64,000 nucleotides of DNA, from assembly GCA_002269645.1 (NCBI GenBank), contig NIVC01000521.1, positions 399,876 through 463,875 of the forward strand. Direction: 5' to 3'. A model generated the notes under the pieces. The model had not been told where the DNA came from, ran no database searches, and saw nothing but the letters and a program-made list of their open reading frames with translations. The stretch is from Macrostomum lignano. Its lineage: Eukaryota. The translations under genes and the position numbers were made by a program. Shown here one piece after another: positions 60,227 through 64,000 of the stretch. Within the stretch, counting starts at the first letter, position 1, and each line of letters begins with the position of its first letter.

Positions 60227-62354
60227 GACTAACTAACTAACTAACTAACTAACTGACTAACTAACTCACTAACTAACTGACTAACTAACTCACTAAGTAA
60301 CTAACTAACTAACTAACTAACTAGCTAACTAACTGACTAACTAGCAAACAAACAAACAAACTAATTAACTAACTAAGTAACTAACTAATTAATTAAATAC
60401 CTAACTACCTACTTACCTATGAATCTACCTAACTAACTCACTAAGGCTGATAGCCAAAAAGGCTCGAACACAGTTACTTGCCAGCAGAGGACGAGGGAAA
60501 TCGTTCAACAATTTTCACGGAGTTCGAATTGGACGAGCTTTTAACAGCGGAAGGAACATTTCTTTTGGTTGCCAACGGGGTCGCTACTTCGTTGCTTAGC
60601 AACCGAACGGTAGCCTTAGCGACGCTGTCAGCAGCGGTGCCAGCTGACGCCATGGGTCTGCTCCGATTAGTCAGAAAGTCCCTGGTGGCCCGGGTAAACC
60701 AATCGGACGCGATGGCGAACGCTGCAGTCTCCGGATCGGCCCGCATACTCGCTGTGGACGTCGCAAACGGCGCCGAGTCGGTAGCCGTCGATGTCGACTG
60801 GACGAGCCGGTCCAGCCAGGCCAGACTCGGCCGCTGGGCCGGCGTCTCCGTCGATAACTTTGGCGCCTCCTTGACTTCCGACGCCTGCGGCTTGTCGCTG
60901 ATTTTGAGCAGCCGGTCCAAATCTTCGGCCACGGCGTCCAGGACCACCGGGTCGCCAGGCCGCGGCTCCACTGCGGCGAGTGTCTCCGTCAGGGCGTCGG
61001 CGGTGAGCGGCGGCGGATCGACGCAGGAGGCGGAAGCATCGGCGCCGACGCGAAGCCACAGCGGAGTCTCCGGGATGAGTTTATCGTGTACGTAGGCCGA
61101 TTGGGCGAAGCAGGCATCGGAGCAGTAGCACTGAGCGATGGCATTGAGAAGTTCACCTCGCGATAGCTGACACCTGACATTTGACTACCTGACATTTGAC
61201 TACCTGACAATTGGCTACCTGATATTTGACTACCTGACATTTGACTACCTGACATTTGACTACCTGACATTTGACTACCTGACATTTGACTACCTGACAT
61301 TTGACTACCTGACATTTGACTACCTGACATTTGACTACCTGACATTTGGCTAACTGACATTTGACTACCTGATATTTGGCTACCTGACATTTGGCTACCT
61401 GACACCTGACATCTGGCTACCTGACATCCGATACCCGGCAATAAGACACCCGAGTTTAGCCAGATCCATCTGTCACCTTTCGCCGAGTGACATCGTACAC
61501 CCGCCTAGTAGACGCAATGATCCGGTAGCGCTGCTGTTGCGCTCTGTCGCTAGTGGGGCTCAGCGGCTCAGGGCACAGCGGGAAGCCGCAAGAGTTGGTC
61601 AAGTTGCGCTCAGTAACTGCGTCCAGGTAGTGCTGCCGGCTGAGGTAGATCAGCTGCGGATGGGAGAGACGGGGAAAACCGCTATGCTGAGCTTTGAATC
61701 CACCCTACCATTCTACCATCGTTCTATCCCTAATCTATTTCGTCTTCTATTCCGCCCTAATTTATATGCTCCTATATATCTACTAAAACATATTTTATTT
61801 TATCTTTAATTTTCACTACTGAATCTACTAAAAATATGATTTTCTACCCTTTATTTCTACTTCTGAATACATTGAAAAAATACTCTACTCCTCATTTCTA
61901 CCCCTGAATCTACTAAAATAGACTATATTCTGCCCCTATATTCTACTCCCGAATCTACTATAAATCTAGTCTATTCTACCCTAAATTTCTACCCCTGAAA
62001 TCTAATAAAAGTATACTCTGCTCTACCCTTATATTCTACTTCCGAATCTACTGACAATGTACTCTATTCTACCCTTAAATTCTACCACATTTAACTCAGC
62101 AACAAAACTGAGCACCCCGAACTCACAACTCTCGAAAAGTACACCATGCCGACGCTGCCCTGGCCGGCCAGCTGTTCAACAATGCCAACAGCCCTAGAGG
62201 TGCACATTCGCTGACGCCTGGCGGTGGCTTGAAACGCCCGACTGTTCGGGCCGCTGCCTGCTGCATTGGCAGCCGCGGCAGCCGCTGCGGCAACTTTCGG
62301 CGGTATGACGTCATCTTTATCCGCTGCTAATTGTTGGCGCAACTTTGACGACAT
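45810..62354 (-). CDS. RPAP2: RPAP2/Rtr1 (putative RNA polymerase II CTD phosphatase), 484 aa; join(complement 62127..62354, 61477..61653, 60482..61130, 58372..58552, 58201..58269, 45810..45960)
   Basis: Rtr1-type Zn finger: [29 protein letters not shown]|[21 protein letters not shown]-terminal domain: [32 protein letters not shown]....WEILG. Phases are consistent (1455 nt) if intron 3 uses a GC donor. Confidence 0.9.
47130..47722 (+). repeat. (AGAC)n microsatellite grading into an 18-bp unit ACAGACAGGCAGACACTA
   Basis: Direct reading. Confidence 0.95.
48590..51030 (+). repeat. 2.4-kb polypyrimidine minisatellite (CCTCTCCTTTTCCCTCTCAG-like) with an internal higher-order duplication of about 710 bp
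   Basis: Direct reading; CCTTTTCATCTCAGAATCTTTC at 49993 and 50701. Confidence 0.96.
51920..52800 (+). repeat. 20-bp pyrimidine-rich minisatellite CCTGCATCTCTTCCTCTCTC
   Basis: Direct reading. Confidence 0.95.
54405..55500 (+). repeat. G-rich (GGGGACT / GAAGGACT)n array
   Basis: Direct reading. Confidence 0.95.
56640..57872 (+). repeat. 28-bp minisatellite CAGCAACTGAGGATCTGGGAGGCTGGCC, about 44 copies
   Basis: Direct reading; same unit as 3910-4519. Confidence 0.97.
58201..58269 (-). CDS. RPAP2: RPAP2 exon 5
   Basis: ccttcacag / GTGAGT; [22 protein letters not shown]. Confidence 0.88.
58372..58552 (-). CDS. RPAP2: RPAP2 exon 4
   Basis: ctattctattttag / GTGCGT; [31 protein letters not shown]...LRQLVDTF. 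Confidence 0.9.
58655..60440 (+). repeat. (CTAA)n = (TTAG)n microsatellite, about 1.8 kb, in RPAP2 intron 3
   Basis: Direct reading. Confidence 0.98.
60482..61130 (-). CDS. RPAP2: RPAP2 exon 3
   Basis: atcgctcag|[27 protein letters not shown]...; inferred GC donor G|GCAAGT. Confidence 0.88.
61168..61432 (+). repeat. 15-bp minisatellite CTACCTGACATTTGA, about 17 copies, RPAP2 intron 2
   Basis: Direct reading. Confidence 0.96.
61477..61653 (-). CDS. RPAP2: RPAP2 exon 2
   Basis: ctctcccatccgcag / GTGACA; [27 protein letters not shown]...RVYDVTRRK. Confidence 0.93.
61770..62085 (+). repeat. Degenerate repeat (TTCTACCCCTGAATCTACTAAAAT-like), RPAP2 intron 1
   Basis: Recurrent TTCTACC and GAATCTACT. 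Confidence 0.7.
62127..62354 (-). CDS. RPAP2: RPAP2 exon 1
   Basis: MSSKLRQQL...[25 protein letters not shown]|GTGAGT; RAVGIVEQL resembles the A..IVE.L helix of RPAP2. Confidence 0.85.
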
Positions 62355-62588
62355 TAAGAATAAAATAAAATAATATCTATATGATTTTTTAGTGCTCTGT
62401 ATGACAGCTTCTTCAAGCAGTAGACTCAACTTTGTCTTGTTGCAGCAAAGATTAATTAAGAAAAATGCTAATTGAGTTATTAATTTTCACTCAAGCGACG
62501 ACACCATTGATAAAAAACTTCTGAGTCTTATAGAGCTAAAAAATCGGAATCAATTCAATAGAAAATCGAATTCCAAGCCGCGAATTTT

Positions 62589-63004
62589 CCCGTATAAAGA
62601 AGGGACGGTCGCAAATTTTTTTGGTGACAGTAAAAAATGTGACACTGCTTATCATACTTGTGACCGTGATGTGACCGTCAGTTAATGTGACCTCGCAATT
62701 CGACTGTCTTATTTGACACGTCCTTCACGTGAACATCAATATGACCCGTCAATGTGACCGTCATTGTGATCGCCAATGTGACCGCCAATGTGATCCACAA
62801 ATGTGACTGTCAGAAGATGAAAAGACCGTCTTTGTGAGCCTCGTGTGTTGGGTTAATTCAAGAAAAATATAAACGTCAAAAAAGCGAACATGCAACTTGG
62901 CATGACTGGCCGTTTTACCTATTTGTTGGTCACATTCGAGGTTCACATTGACGGTCACAAAATGGTCACATAGTTAAAATGTGACCGCCTCAATTTTATA
63001 GGGG
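62589..63004. mobile_element. MITE-like element with imperfect TIRs and subterminal TGTGACCG motifs
   Basis: Left CCCGTATAAAGAAGGGACGGTCGCAAATTT versus right reverse complement CCCCTATAAAATTGAGGCGGTCACATTTT; TGTGACCG repeated directly on the left and inverted on the right; no clean TSD. Confidence 0.5.
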
Positions 63005-63489
63005 TTTAAATCCCAATTTTTATTTCGAATGAAATGAGGAATAGATAATAGAAAACTAATTATAGGCTTATTAGCAAGCACTTCTAAACTCAGTTAAAAC
63101 AATCTAAATAATAGTACATTGCCAATATAAACTTGGCCCGGCGAAGTCGGTTTGTACTTTGTACTTTCAATAATTAGAAAAAGCAATTTACCACTAATTA
63201 AAAGCTGAATGCATGCATTGTGTACTTTAAAAGTACAAAGGCAATAAAAGTACATCACATCAAAATGTGGAGACAGGACGGAACGGAAAAGTACACAATA
63301 TAGATAAATCAGCGCCAGATTTAAATAAAGCCAGCAAAACACAGGCATAAGATGATGGAAGAAATTGAGATTAATTATACAACCACAAAAACTGTGCGTC
63401 CAAAAGACGAAACTTGATTTTTGCAAAAAGCAGAGTGGGTTGGCAACACTTCTAAGTACTAAATCTATTAAAATATAATAAATGGGGGC

Positions 63490-64000
63490 AGAAAAACAAA
63501 CTTCCAGTCCTTAATAGTGGCGGATACTCAAACTTCCGGTCATTAATAAGGGCGGATACTCAATCTTTCTGTTCTTAATAGGGGCGGATACTCAAACTTC
63601 CGGTTCTTAATAGGGGCGGATACTCAAACTTTCTGTTCTTAATATGGGCGGATACTCAAACTTCCGGTCATTAATAGGGGCGGACACTCAAACTTCCGGT
63701 TCTTAATAGTGGCGGATACTCAAACTTCCGGTCATTAATAGTGGCGGACACTCAAACTTCCGGTCATTAATAGGGCGGATACTCAAACTTCCGGTCATTA
63801 ATAGGGGCGGATACTCAAACTTCCGGTCATTAATAGTGGCGGATACTCAAACTTCCGGCCCTTAATGTGGCGGATACTCAAACTTCCGGTCCTTAATGGT
63901 GATGGATACTCAAACTTCCGGTCATTAATAGTGGCGGATACTCAAACTTCCGGTCATTAATAGTGGCGGATACTCAAACTTCCGGTCATTAATAGTGGCG
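63490..64000 (+). repeat. 32-bp minisatellite TAATAGTGGCGGATACTCAAACTTCCGGTCAT, runs off the window end
   Basis: Direct reading. Confidence 0.96.

Noticed and set aside
58655-60440. (TTAG)n as an interstitial telomere or chromosome fusion scar
   Set aside because: The unit is TTAG, not TTAGG or TTAGGG; single orientation, and the flanking RPAP2 exons are continuous.

Overview
Intron-rich, extremely tandem-repeat-rich eukaryotic (animal) DNA. The repeat density and gene style suggest a Macrostomum-like flatworm, but this is an unverified inference. Three spliced genes were reconstructed by hand with consistent splice phases. (1) A P5B-type ATPase (ATP13A2-5 family) on the minus strand: 10 coding exons from 7832, running off the window start. 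(2) A six-finger Gfi1/Senseless/PAG-3 transcription factor on the plus strand (19425-26252, 593 aa), with no visible SNAG domain but an eh1-like motif. (3) RPAP2/Rtr1 on the minus strand (62354-45810, 484 aa), whose last exon lies beyond a 12.2-kb intron. Mobile elements: a DD34D mariner with an intact transposase and a damaged left end inside Gfi intron 2, a 5'-truncated RNase H-bearing LINE with a 12-bp TSD, a hAT-type MITE with an 8-bp TSD, a foldback element and other MITE remnants. About 30 distinct micro/minisatellite arrays are present. Main leads: the Gfi-RPAP2 tail-to-tail pair mirrors the human GFI1-RPAP2 arrangement (possible ancient regulatory block); a possible SNAG-to-eh1 corepressor switch; an array of Gfi-like binding sites downstream of the Gfi gene; two GC-AG introns; and satellites seeded from transposon ends.
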